A stretch of DNA of 38,396 nt, from the IMG/VR virus record IMGVR_UViG_3300012667_000552, positions 1 to 38,396 of that record. One strand, given 5' to 3'. Numbering within the stretch: position 1 is the stretch's first letter; every line of letters starts with the position of its first letter. A model generated the notes under the pieces. That model worked only from the letters and a program-made list of their open reading frames with translations. It made no database searches and was not told the origin of the DNA. The stretch is from a virus (Duplodnaviria > Caudoviricetes). Of this stretch, positions 1 through 7,850 are shown piece after piece. Both the position numbers and the translations under genes were made by a program.

Positions 1-55
1 ATGAGGCGGTGTAAGATGAAACATTCAAAATTTTCAGTTTTTTGGTTTTATAAAC
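1..55. repeat. Terminal overlap (1-55 = 38342-38396); circular assembly
   Basis: The first 55 nt are identical to the last 55 nt, and the end of ardC (NEAV*) lies inside the repeat. Confidence 0.95.
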
Positions 56-150
56 ATAGGATGATTTTGCCTTTGATTGATCTAGCCGTTTTAAAATGCC
101 CCTACGGCGGTTCTATCATTGTTAAATTTATTAAAAATGAGGCGGTGTAA
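16..150 (+). CDS. Small hypothetical protein, 44 aa (MKHSKF...IKNEAV), not in ORF track
   Basis: Open frame read manually; GAGGCGG SD-like element; ATG 1 nt after the ardC stop. Confidence 0.6.
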   Translation: MKHSKFSVFWFYKHRMILPLIDLAVLKCPYGGSIIVKFIKNEAV

Positions 151-151
151 G

Positions 152-454
152 ATGAATAAAAAACAATTTAAAAAACTTTATTCTTTTTATAGAAAAATTA
201 ATCGCGAATTCAGAGAAAATCTCGAGAACTCAAATTATCCTTGCGGCTACGATGACATGATATGCGAAAATTTTTCAAGACAAAGAGAAAGTTGGTTGAA
301 TAAAAATAAAATAATTAAGCAAGTTTTAAATAATTTAGACTTACCCTACTTTTCTTTCAGTTATCAACCTATAACAGAAAATTTTGCTATCTATAGGCAT
401 CAAAACTCATGGGAAGAAAACGGAAAAATATTCTGGATAAAAAGGACGGTTTAA
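152..454 (+). CDS. Hypothetical early protein (start revised to 152)
   Basis: ORF track; same SD/stop/start junction (GAGGCGGTGTAAGATG) as at 1-18. Confidence 0.7.
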   Translation: MNKKQFKKLYSFYRKINREFRENLENSNYPCGYDDMICENFSRQRESWLNKNKIIKQVLNNLDLPYFSFSYQPITENFAIYRHQNSWEENGKIFWIKRTV

Positions 455-455
455 A

Positions 456-665
456 ATGAAAAATGAAACATATAAAATAAAATTATCTCAATTGGAAAAA
501 ATAAAAGGACATCTTTTGACTTTAAAAGAGGACTGCGAAATTAATGAGAATAATTTGCAAAATCGAAATGATGTTTATTGGGATGTTTACGATTATAAAA
601 ATTGGCGGTCAATGAGGGCGGCGGTTGACGAAATATTAAACTGCTTAGAAGGATGCGAAAAATGA
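456..665 (+). CDS. Hypothetical early protein
   Basis: ORF with AAAGGACGG RBS at 441-449; stop overlaps the resolvase ATG. Confidence 0.7.
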   Translation: MKNETYKIKLSQLEKIKGHLLTLKEDCEINENNLQNRNDVYWDVYDYKNWRSMRAAVDEILNCLEGCEK

Positions 666-1255
666 AAATAGCAGCATATATCAGAGTATCAACCGATGAA
701 CAAAAAATTGACTCTCAATTGGATGCAATAAAAAAATACTGCGCTCTAAAAGACTGGCCCACGCCGGTCTTTTTTATTGACCATGGTGAATCGGGTAAAA
801 AAGAGTCACGCCCTCAATTGGATGAGTTATTGAAACGTATTAAAGAAAAGGAGTTTCATTCTCTTATTGTTTTTAAGTTCGATCGGTTATCTAGATCCAC
901 CATTCAATTAATCCAATTAATGGAACTATTCAAGCAGTATGATGTCAATTTTATTTCATTGGGCGAGTCAATCGACACGACAACCCCTGCCGGAAAAATG
1001 ATTTTCGGCATTTTTGCAGTACTTGCCGAGTTTGAGCGTGAGAATATCGTCGAACGAGTCAAGGCCGGAATAAGAGCGGCTAAAGCAAAAGGAATACACT
1101 GCGGTCGGGACGCTTACAAAACAACACCGGAAACGATTGAATTGATCATAGAATTGAGCGGCCAGGCCAGATCATTAAAAGAGATAAGCGAGACCGTCGG
1201 ACTAGACAAGGGTTATATCTCTAGAATACTCAAGAAACATAGGGGAAAAACCTAG
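662..1255 (+). CDS. Small serine recombinase (resolvase/invertase family) with C-terminal HTH
   Basis: YIRVSTDEQ catalytic Ser motif, SG..ESRP, DRLSRS, SIDTTTPAGK..AEFERE, C-terminal HTH; about 197 aa with no large-serine-integrase domains. Confidence 0.95.
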   Translation: MKIAAYIRVSTDEQKIDSQLDAIKKYCALKDWPTPVFFIDHGESGKKESRPQLDELLKRIKEKEFHSLIVFKFDRLSRSTIQLIQLMELFKQYDVNFISLGESIDTTTPAGKMIFGIFAVLAEFERENIVERVKAGIRAAKAKGIHCGRDAYKTTPETIELIIELSGQARSLKEISETVGLDKGYISRILKKHRGKT

Positions 1256-1367
1256 AAAAAATCTTCTAAGTACCTTATTTTCTTATGGTTTTCCTAGGAA
1301 TATACGAAATAAATAAGAAAAATTTAGGCTAAAAAATATACGAAGCTTAGACAAAACCTAAACAAAA

Positions 1368-1409
1368 TCCGACTGGTCAACAAGGCGTTGGCCGTCGGAA
1401 TATTTTTTC
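1368..1409 (+). terminator. Probable intrinsic terminator of the early operon
   Basis: TCCGAC-t-GGTCAAC aaggc GTTGGCC-GTCGGA stem-loop followed by ATATTTTTT. Confidence 0.6.
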
Positions 1410-1450
1410 AAAATTTTTCCAAAATTTACCGCCGGATGATAGGTCAACGG

Positions 1451-1474
1451 CTATAATTTTTGGGAAAATTATAG
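1451..1474. repeat. Perfect 10-bp inverted repeat between convergent resolvase and primase genes
   Basis: CTATAATTTT tggg AAAATTATAG. Confidence 0.7.
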
Positions 1475-1482
1475 GATAGATT

Positions 1483-3816
1483 TTAGAAATTTGGTTGAAG
1501 TGCAAATTTTACCTTTTCGTATCCTCTTAAATTTTTACCTGAATCTTTGCGTTGAATGGATTTCATTTTGTAAAATCTGCTCAAGTCCTTACCAAACTTA
1601 ATAACAGTTTCATGTTTAGTCTTAGTGACTCCGCACCAAGCAACATAGTCAACGTAACAATCTCTGACTGGTATAAAATCTCTTTCATTTTGAGTCATGA
1701 TTACCTTCTCATCAAACCAAGCGCATACGGTATTTTGATCCATGCGATAATCGGAAATTGTTTGGTCGATAACCTGAGATGAGCTGAAGCCATTCTGGTC
1801 AACAAGGCGTTTATGAGCTTTTAAAACTTGGTTGAATATACCTGGAAGCTCGAAGGATAGTTTCTCTTCAATCTTGGGATCTGCCTTGCCCTTACCAAAA
1901 TAAGCATCGAATGGGACGATGATCAACCGCCGGATAAATCCTTCACTGAAGTCGGACATTTCTGGAAGCTCGTTACACGCCATAACAAGTTTGGTTTTAT
2001 TGGAAACGACGTTGATCGGTTTCTTATAAATTTCTCTGGCCATATAAGATCCTCCGGCGGATAAAACTTTAAACCATGATGAATCATCGAGAGATTTTAC
2101 CGGCGTTTCTTCTGCCACGTTGAAGAGTTTACCAACAAGATAAGCACGTTTGTATTCCTGGTTTAATTCATTAAGCATAATGGATGAATAAGCTTGAGGA
2201 CCGGCGAGTTTCTTTAATACTGATAAGAACGTGGATTTACCGTTGGAACCTTCACCACTGAGCATAAGTGCCTTGTGATAAATGTACGGCATCCCAGAAA
2301 TTGAGTAAGCCATATATTCCATGAGGACGTTTTGAAGTTCCGTTCTTCCTACGGTGATTTCTGCCAGGAAGTTATCAAAGACTGGTGAAGTCGCCGCAGG
2401 AGAATAGTCAAATGGAAGACAGTATTTAAATCCATACTTTTTATCATGAGAAGTAAACTCATGGGTTATTACGTCAATGACTCCATTGGCGAGATTGATT
2501 TTATTTTCCGATTGTTTATCAAACCAGTCTTCTGAGACTACGTTTGTTCTAAGGACTAGAGCAAGAAATTCTTGGACGTTTGAGTTACTTGGTTTAGGGA
2601 CGAAGTTATCTTGGGCAAACGCCTCAACATAAACGCTCTCAAGTTCCCTCCAAAGAGGTGCCTCATAGATCCAAACGGTCCCCGAAGGAGTACAAACATA
2701 TTGGTATTTCTTTTGGAAGTATCTTCTGAGATCCTCGTATGCCGGTTTAATTGGTTTAGGGATGCCATTTTTATCTGGACCGATTTCCCAAAATCCTGAT
2801 CCGGCGGTCTTGATATATTCTGGACCTTTTAAAAGAATCGGTGAAGTCACTTTATTATAATGGGGACAAGTCCGACATTTATCTGATATAGAATCAATGT
2901 TTTGGCAAGTTCTTGGTCCGGAAGCTGCCATTGCCTTAGCTAGTTTGGATTCGGTGTCTTTGTGTGAATAACCTGGATGCCCACTAGACATAGTGTGAGC
3001 AAGTTTGTTTCCGTTATCCAAGTGACCTACAATAGACAAGGCCGCATACCATTCAGGTTCAGAGACTTCTGTGGGAGAGCTAAAATTCCATTCAAGGAAT
3101 TTACACTCTTTTAGGATGTAGTCTGAGTCGGGAGTTGGGAACGCTCGAAGTGAGCTACTATCTATGGATTCTCCGGCCTGAGTTGTAGCGGCCTCGCCTA
3201 GTAGGTTACTAAATGAATGAAGCTTGTAATTGCTGTTTAATAAAACACAATTTGTATCTTCATATTGAATTGCTTTTCCTTTGGGGCAACGGTTGATTGT
3301 ACCAGGAAGTCTAAGAGTACCAGATACTCTGAAAACCGCAGGATCAAGTTTCCCTGAGAGCGATGAAGCCTTAAGTGCAGCTTGAATCTGATTACATAAA
3401 GTCTTATAAGATTGTTTCAAGTCTGATAGTTCTTCACTGGAAGAAATTTCTTTATCAACTTCAAAAAGTAAGTGAAGCCCATGACCACTGGAGACTTGGA
3501 TGAATTGCTCCGGCGGAATATTTAACGTTTCACTAATGACAGCGATGTGACCGTCAAGATTTGTCTCTTCTATGTCGTCAATATCTATTGGTACAAGTGT
3601 TTGGGATTTAAATTGTCTCGGGGCATGATAGCAGTTAGCAGTAGTATAGTGAAGATTGTAATGCTCCTCTTTTGGAATCTCATTTAAAACTTCATCCAAA
3701 TTCTGAAGCATGACTGAGACTGAATCGAAGCGTGTTTCCAATAAAAGCTTATGAGCTTGTGACCATTTTTGCTGGTGATTATCGAAGTAGTCTCTATAAG
3801 CGATAATTTGAATCAT
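1483..3816 (-). CDS. Primase-helicase: AEP-type primase, Cys-containing accessory domain, D5/P4-like SF3 helicase
   Basis: DIDD and SSGHGLH AEP motifs, LRLPGTIN; Walker A GEGSNGKST, Walker B FNVAEE, motif C MACNELP, RRLIIVPF. Confidence 0.92.
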   Translation of the reverse strand: MIQIIAYRDYFDNHQQKWSQAHKLLLETRFDSVSVMLQNLDEVLNEIPKEEHYNLHYTTANCYHAPRQFKSQTLVPIDIDDIEETNLDGHIAVISETLNIPPEQFIQVSSGHGLHLLFEVDKEISSSEELSDLKQSYKTLCNQIQAALKASSLSGKLDPAVFRVSGTLRLPGTINRCPKGKAIQYEDTNCVLLNSNYKLHSFSNLLGEAATTQAGESIDSSSLRAFPTPDSDYILKECKFLEWNFSSPTEVSEPEWYAALSIVGHLDNGNKLAHTMSSGHPGYSHKDTESKLAKAMAASGPRTCQNIDSISDKCRTCPHYNKVTSPILLKGPEYIKTAGSGFWEIGPDKNGIPKPIKPAYEDLRRYFQKKYQYVCTPSGTVWIYEAPLWRELESVYVEAFAQDNFVPKPSNSNVQEFLALVLRTNVVSEDWFDKQSENKINLANGVIDVITHEFTSHDKKYGFKYCLPFDYSPAATSPVFDNFLAEITVGRTELQNVLMEYMAYSISGMPYIYHKALMLSGEGSNGKSTFLSVLKKLAGPQAYSSIMLNELNQEYKRAYLVGKLFNVAEETPVKSLDDSSWFKVLSAGGSYMAREIYKKPINVVSNKTKLVMACNELPEMSDFSEGFIRRLIIVPFDAYFGKGKADPKIEEKLSFELPGIFNQVLKAHKRLVDQNGFSSSQVIDQTISDYRMDQNTVCAWFDEKVIMTQNERDFIPVRDCYVDYVAWCGVTKTKHETVIKFGKDLSRFYKMKSIQRKDSGKNLRGYEKVKFALQPNF

Positions 3817-3850
3817 GTATAACCGTCCTTAAACATTGGGGTAGGGTTCA

Positions 3851-3880
3851 AGGTTAAATAAAGCTTGCAATATCCGTCAA
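3851..3880 (-). promoter_or_regulatory. Putative sigma70 promoter for primase-helicase
   Basis: TTGACG-18 nt-TAACCT on minus strand, overlapping the divergent promoter. Confidence 0.5.
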
Positions 3881-3893
3881 GGTATTTTAAAAT
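3865..3893 (+). promoter_or_regulatory. Sigma70 promoter for the candidate small RNA
   Basis: TTGCAA (3865-3870), 17 nt, TAAAAT (3888-3893). Confidence 0.7.
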
Positions 3894-3899
3894 TATTTC

Positions 3900-3972
3900 T
3901 GTGTGGTTCGTTGTTGTCCATACTCCACCGTCGGGGAAAGTTTCTCGTCCTTTCTGACTCCGGCGGTTTTTT
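3900..3972 (+). ncRNA. Candidate two-hairpin regulatory small RNA (anti-RBS)
   Basis: Own promoter; hairpin GUGUGG/CCAUAC; second hairpin CCGUCGGG-GAAAG..CUUUC..CUCCGGCGG plus U tract; loop region complementary to phage AAAGGACGA RBS motif. Confidence 0.6.
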
Positions 3973-3992
3973 ACAATCCCAAAAATTTAGCA

Positions 3993-4021
3993 TTGACCTT
4001 TTAAAAGTATTGATAGATGCT
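3993..4021 (+). promoter_or_regulatory. Possible promoter for XRE/replication operon
   Basis: TTGACC-17 nt-GATGCT (weak -10). Confidence 0.35.
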
Positions 4022-4051
4022 TGCGGTATAGCTTTCAACAAAGGACACAAA

Positions 4052-4315
4052 ATGAGAATTATCAATCGAAAAGTTTCCGCATTAATTTTAGCTGAGAGAT
4101 CTAAGCTAGGTTTAACTCAAAAGCAATTAGCAATTAGACTTGGATTAAGAAGCGGTCAATACGTCCATAATATAGAGAAACTTCAATGCAATTTTCCGCC
4201 AAAGAAAATAGCGAAGCTATCCTTGGCATTAAGTATCCCGCTGGAGAAAATTAAATATGCCATGATGGAAGATTATATTGAAGCGGTTAAATCCGAAATC
4301 GAGAAGTCTCTGTGA
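4052..4315 (+). CDS. XRE-family HTH transcriptional regulator (start revised to 4052)
   Basis: RSKLGLTQKQLAIRLGLRSGQYVHNIE HTH_3 pattern; AAAGGAC RBS at 4040. Confidence 0.88.
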   Translation: MRIINRKVSALILAERSKLGLTQKQLAIRLGLRSGQYVHNIEKLQCNFPPKKIAKLSLALSIPLEKIKYAMMEDYIEAVKSEIEKSL

Positions 4316-4464
4316 AGACCGCAGGAGTTTTAATTCTATTGGCCTTATCATATTTAATTGTTGCCAGGTTATATTTTATTTATGGTTACAACGAAGCGCA
4401 GTTTGATAGAGAGGTTGCCAATAAGAAATTATTAGAATGTTTGGAAGTTATATCTACTAAGTGA
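4312..4464 (+). CDS. Small membrane protein, 50 aa (MKTAGVLILLALSYLIVARLYFIYG...), not in ORF track
   Basis: GTGA overlap with XRE stop; hydrophobic N-terminus. Confidence 0.55.
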   Translation: MKTAGVLILLALSYLIVARLYFIYGYNEAQFDREVANKKLLECLEVISTK

Positions 4465-4490
4465 CAATTGAAGTCACATATTGGAGATTT

Positions 4491-4901
4491 ATGAACGATA
4501 AAGATAAAGAAGCGTTTGATGGTTGGTGGAACAGGGCTGCTTACAGCGGTAGCCCTTATAAATGGGATAAAGATAGCTTCATCTATTTTGAACTTCTTAA
4601 TACATGGCAAGCCGCTTGTGATTATAAACATAAAGAACTTGAGCAGAAACTTCAAGACTACGAATCAGACTGGATTAAAATGCGAGACATTGCTGAGGAG
4701 ATGCAAGCTGAAAATGCAAAGCTAAGAGAGTGTTTAAAGTTTACTGTTTATGCCGCTGAGTATTTATTTAAGCCTGATGAAAAGCTTGCTGATGGATTAT
4801 TTCCTACAAGCTACTTTACGCTTTCGTATGAAGGAGATCTTGATCTTATAGAAAAAACTAAATATGCCAGACAAGTATTAAAAGAATTGGAGGATAAATG
4901 A
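4491..4901 (+). CDS. Hypothetical phage protein with coiled coil (start revised to 4491)
   Basis: GGAG SD before ATG 4491; ORF track. Confidence 0.7.
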   Translation: MNDKDKEAFDGWWNRAAYSGSPYKWDKDSFIYFELLNTWQAACDYKHKELEQKLQDYESDWIKMRDIAEEMQAENAKLRECLKFTVYAAEYLFKPDEKLADGLFPTSYFTLSYEGDLDLIEKTKYARQVLKELEDK

Positions 4902-5047
4902 TTTTTTACAACGAGAAATACGGATTAGTTGAAATTGTAATTTACGGTTTAGGAGAAGAAATATTAACTGCGTTTAACGAAGAAAATGAATTATGTATTA
5001 GCGTAGATTATTTTAAAGACACTTATGAATTTATTGGATTTATTTAA
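4898..5047 (+). CDS. Small acidic hypothetical protein, 49 aa, not in ORF track
   Basis: GGAGG SD and ATGA overlap with the upstream stop; fills the operon gap. Confidence 0.6.
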   Translation: MIFYNEKYGLVEIVIYGLGEEILTAFNEENELCISVDYFKDTYEFIGFI

Positions 5048-5048
5048 A

Positions 5049-5480
5049 ATGAAATTCTTAAATAACACTGACAGTATTTCAATTGATGCGGCCATCAAAG
5101 ACGCTGAAACATTGTTGCAACCAAGTTCCAACATATTTAAAGACATATTAAATAAAAATGACTGGAAGTACAATTCCGGCAGCGGCTCCGAAATAGTCAC
5201 AAAACTTTTAATACCTAAGACTCCAATTGATGTTTATTATTACAAGCCAATTTATCCCTGGTCCGCTGCTCTGGGATACTTTGACGGCGAAGCAATCCAT
5301 ATAAATTATCGCAAGCTTTTAAATCATACTGCGCTTGTCGGATTGTTACTTCATGAGTACGCTCATTACTGTGGTTTCAATCATGGCATTGGCCCTTCAA
5401 GAAATTATAAAAGCAAAGATAAAATCTTGCACTCGGTTCCATATTGGTTATCAGAAAATGTTGGGAAATATTTATGCTAA
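5049..5480 (+). CDS. Metzincin-type zinc metallopeptidase
   Basis: HEYAHYCGFNH matches HExxHxxGxxH; start may be 5025 or 5049. Confidence 0.75.
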   Translation: MKFLNNTDSISIDAAIKDAETLLQPSSNIFKDILNKNDWKYNSGSGSEIVTKLLIPKTPIDVYYYKPIYPWSAALGYFDGEAIHINYRKLLNHTALVGLLLHEYAHYCGFNHGIGPSRNYKSKDKILHSVPYWLSENVGKYLC

Positions 5481-5587
5481 TTCACGATAGATGCGCCGCC
5501 TTTGAAGCTGAGATCAATAGACTTAAAAAAGAAATAGAAAGGCTAAAAGCTGAGATAGAAAAATTAAAATCCAAGAGTGTGTCATAA
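5474..5587 (+). CDS. Small coiled-coil peptide, 37 aa
   Basis: EINRLKKEIERLKAEIEKLK heptads; overlaps the upstream stop. Confidence 0.45.
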   Translation: MLIHDRCAAFEAEINRLKKEIERLKAEIEKLKSKSVS

Positions 5588-5662
5588 GACTGGATTAATT
5601 AACTTTTGGTTAATGTGTGTATTATCCATTGCGCTCTATGGATAATTTTTTAAAGGATGTTT

Positions 5663-5875
5663 ATGACAAAAGAAGAATTGCAAAGTCTCGCGGATCAAAT
5701 CAGAAGTTCATGCAGCATTTACAAGGATTGTATGGATGGATCTTATGAGATGTGCCTTCATGTAAATGGTTTTTACGACATAAAAAAGGAAATTGAAAAA
5801 TGCGATTCCCAAACGGATACGAGCCTCTCAAGTGGCAAACAACCGCTCTCCACAAATTCACAAGTTCTGAATTAA
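5663..5875 (+). CDS. Hypothetical protein
   Basis: AAAGGATG RBS before ATG 5663; 3' end overlaps the helicase. Confidence 0.55.
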   Translation: MTKEELQSLADQIRSSCSIYKDCMDGSYEMCLHVNGFYDIKKEIEKCDSQTDTSLSSGKQPLSTNSQVLN

Positions 5876-7227
5876 ATAACTTCATCCTATTGGCAGAGGT
5901 AGGTACTGGTAAAACTTTCACCGCTATCTCCATGTTAAGGATGCTGCAAGAGAAGCATGGGGATCTAAAAATTCTGGTTTTGTGTCCAGGGGTTGTTATC
6001 AACAATTGGAAAAACGAGATCAGGAAATTTAGCTTCCCGCAGGACTTTGAGAATATCCATCCATTGGATGTAGCAAAACATCGTCCTGAAAAAATGCTTA
6101 AGATAAATGCCAGGAATGAGAAGTGTGTTGTCATAACGAACTACGAATCACTAGACCAAAAAGTATTTTTAAATCACCTAACAGATTGGTCCCCCGATGT
6201 AATTGTTGCGGATGAAATTCATCGGATTAAAAATCCAAAATCAAAACGTGCCAACGCCGCTGTAAAGCTTGGCGAGTACTGTCTTTATAGACTAGGCTTG
6301 ACAGGGACCGCTATCCTTAACTCTCCAATGGACATCTTTCAGCAGTATTTATTTTTGGACCAAGGTGCATCTTTTGGGAAATCATTCTTCAATTTCCGCC
6401 GGAATTATTTTTATGATGCCAATGAATCTTGGGCCGGAAAACACAATCACTTTCCAGATTGGAAGCCGGTGCCAGGAAAGATGGAAGAGATGAGCGAAAA
6501 AATCTCCGCCAATTCTGTCAAGGTTATCAAGTCTGAGTGTTTAGATCTTCCGCCATTTATCCGCCAAACAATCAAACTCAAGATGAGTGACGAACAGAAG
6601 AAAGCCTATGACTCCATGATGAAAGACTTTCTGGCATTTGTGCAGACCAACGGAGAAGCCAAAGCGAGTGTTGCTAATATTGCCCTGACAAAGGGACTTC
6701 GATTGATTCAGATTGCATCGGGGTTCGTTGGACTAGAGGATGGAAGCACTTACAGCTTTAACGATAATCCAAAAATAGAAGCACTTGAAGGGATACTAGA
6801 GGAGACTGGAAATGATAAGGTTATTATTTGGTGCAGTTATCGACAAAACTATGGCGACATTAGCCGCTTTTTACTTGATAAGAAAATCAAGTTTGTCACC
6901 ATTACAGGGGACCAAGATTCCAAAGAAAAAACCGAAGCGGCGGAAGCGTTCCAAACTGATCCCACGGTTAAAGTAATGTTGGCAAACCGCAAAGCCGCAG
7001 GAATTGGGATTAATCTTACCGCTGCTCCCTATAGTGTTGTGTTCTCCAGAAATTTTTCGCTGGAAGAAGAGATCCAAGCTCAAGGCAGAAACTACCGCAA
7101 TGGCTCCCAGGTCCATGAGAAAATAACTGAGATCAATTTAATCATGGAAGACACGGTAGAAGAGAGAGTTGTCGAAGCCCTCCAGAACAAACAAAGCATA
7201 TCGGATATAATATTAGACTTTAAATAA
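5800..7227 (+). CDS. SNF2-family (SF2) helicase
   Basis: EVGTGKT, DEIH, LTGT, GINLTAA, QAQGRNYRNG motifs. Confidence 0.93.
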   Translation: MRFPNGYEPLKWQTTALHKFTSSELNNFILLAEVGTGKTFTAISMLRMLQEKHGDLKILVLCPGVVINNWKNEIRKFSFPQDFENIHPLDVAKHRPEKMLKINARNEKCVVITNYESLDQKVFLNHLTDWSPDVIVADEIHRIKNPKSKRANAAVKLGEYCLYRLGLTGTAILNSPMDIFQQYLFLDQGASFGKSFFNFRRNYFYDANESWAGKHNHFPDWKPVPGKMEEMSEKISANSVKVIKSECLDLPPFIRQTIKLKMSDEQKKAYDSMMKDFLAFVQTNGEAKASVANIALTKGLRLIQIASGFVGLEDGSTYSFNDNPKIEALEGILEETGNDKVIIWCSYRQNYGDISRFLLDKKIKFVTITGDQDSKEKTEAAEAFQTDPTVKVMLANRKAAGIGINLTAAPYSVVFSRNFSLEEEIQAQGRNYRNGSQVHEKITEINLIMEDTVEERVVEALQNKQSISDIILDFK

Positions 7228-7242
7228 ATCGATTGCTAAAAT
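7214..7242 (+). promoter_or_regulatory. Putative sigma70 promoter for the SSB/polymerase genes
   Basis: TAGACT-17 nt-TAAAAT with extended TG. Confidence 0.55.
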
Positions 7243-7267
7243 GAAAGCACTTAACAAGGAGAAAACT

Positions 7268-7417
7268 ATGCCGTTAAAAAAAGGTGAATCACACGAAACA
7301 ATTTCAGAAAATATTAGAACGGAGCTAAAAGAGCATCCAAAGATGAAGTCTAAGCAGGCCGTAGCTATTGCTTTATCAGTAGCGAAGAAATCAAAAAAGA
7401 AAGGGAAGAAAAAATGA
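7268..7417 (+). CDS. Small basic phage protein, 49 aa (MPLKKG...QAVAIALS type), not in ORF track
   Basis: AAGGAG SD; resembles a widespread small phage protein pattern; ATGA overlap with the next gene. Confidence 0.8.
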   Translation: MPLKKGESHETISENIRTELKEHPKMKSKQAVAIALSVAKKSKKKGKKK

Positions 7418-7848
7418 GTTGGGAGCAAAAAGAAATTTCCGTCGGAGAATTAAACTCTGAAGTATCTTACCTGGTAGAACTAGAGAAAGTTTATAATGAA
7501 AAAAAGCGCGTCTACAAAGAAGCCGATGACGCTTATGAAGCTCAAAGACTTAAGCTTTTAAATCTATTAATGGAAGCAGGTGTTTCTAAATACCATGCTG
7601 AAGGATACGGTACAATTTCCCTTGCACTAAAACGTCAAGCAAGTGTTCCAAAAAACCCGCTGGATAAAAAATTAATGCTTGAGTATTTTGAATCACTTGG
7701 TCCTGAATTGTATAATGCTTATGTCACGGTTAATAGCATGACATTAAACGCCTACATTAAGGAACAGTCTGAGCTTGATCCAGAATTTAAGCTTCCAGGT
7801 ATTGCAGATATAAAAGAAACTCCTGAACTTCGCTTCAGAAAAGGTTAA
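7414..7848 (+). CDS. Conserved-type phage replication-module protein (coiled coil, Gam/gp157-like)
   Basis: N-terminal coiled coil followed by beta-rich region; position before SSB-like gene. Confidence 0.6.
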   Translation: MSWEQKEISVGELNSEVSYLVELEKVYNEKKRVYKEADDAYEAQRLKLLNLLMEAGVSKYHAEGYGTISLALKRQASVPKNPLDKKLMLEYFESLGPELYNAYVTVNSMTLNAYIKEQSELDPEFKLPGIADIKETPELRFRKG

Positions 7849-7850
7849 TT

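Noticed and set aside
662-1255. Integrase or Tn3 transposon
   Set aside because: Too short for a large serine integrase; no transposase or terminal inverted repeats seen
3900-3972. tRNA gene (contains GGTTCG)
   Set aside because: No cloverleaf, acceptor stem or CCA; it folds as two hairpins
3877-4065. Minus-strand 62-aa ORF and the extended 3911 start of the XRE gene
   Set aside because: They run over promoters and a terminator hairpin; the XRE domain and RBS begin at 4052; the minus-strand AAAGGACGAG has no start codon at RBS distance
7213-7428. Minus-strand Phe-rich 71-aa ORF
   Set aside because: It is the antisense of the Lys-rich + strand gene at 7268-7417, which has an SD and a recognisable pattern
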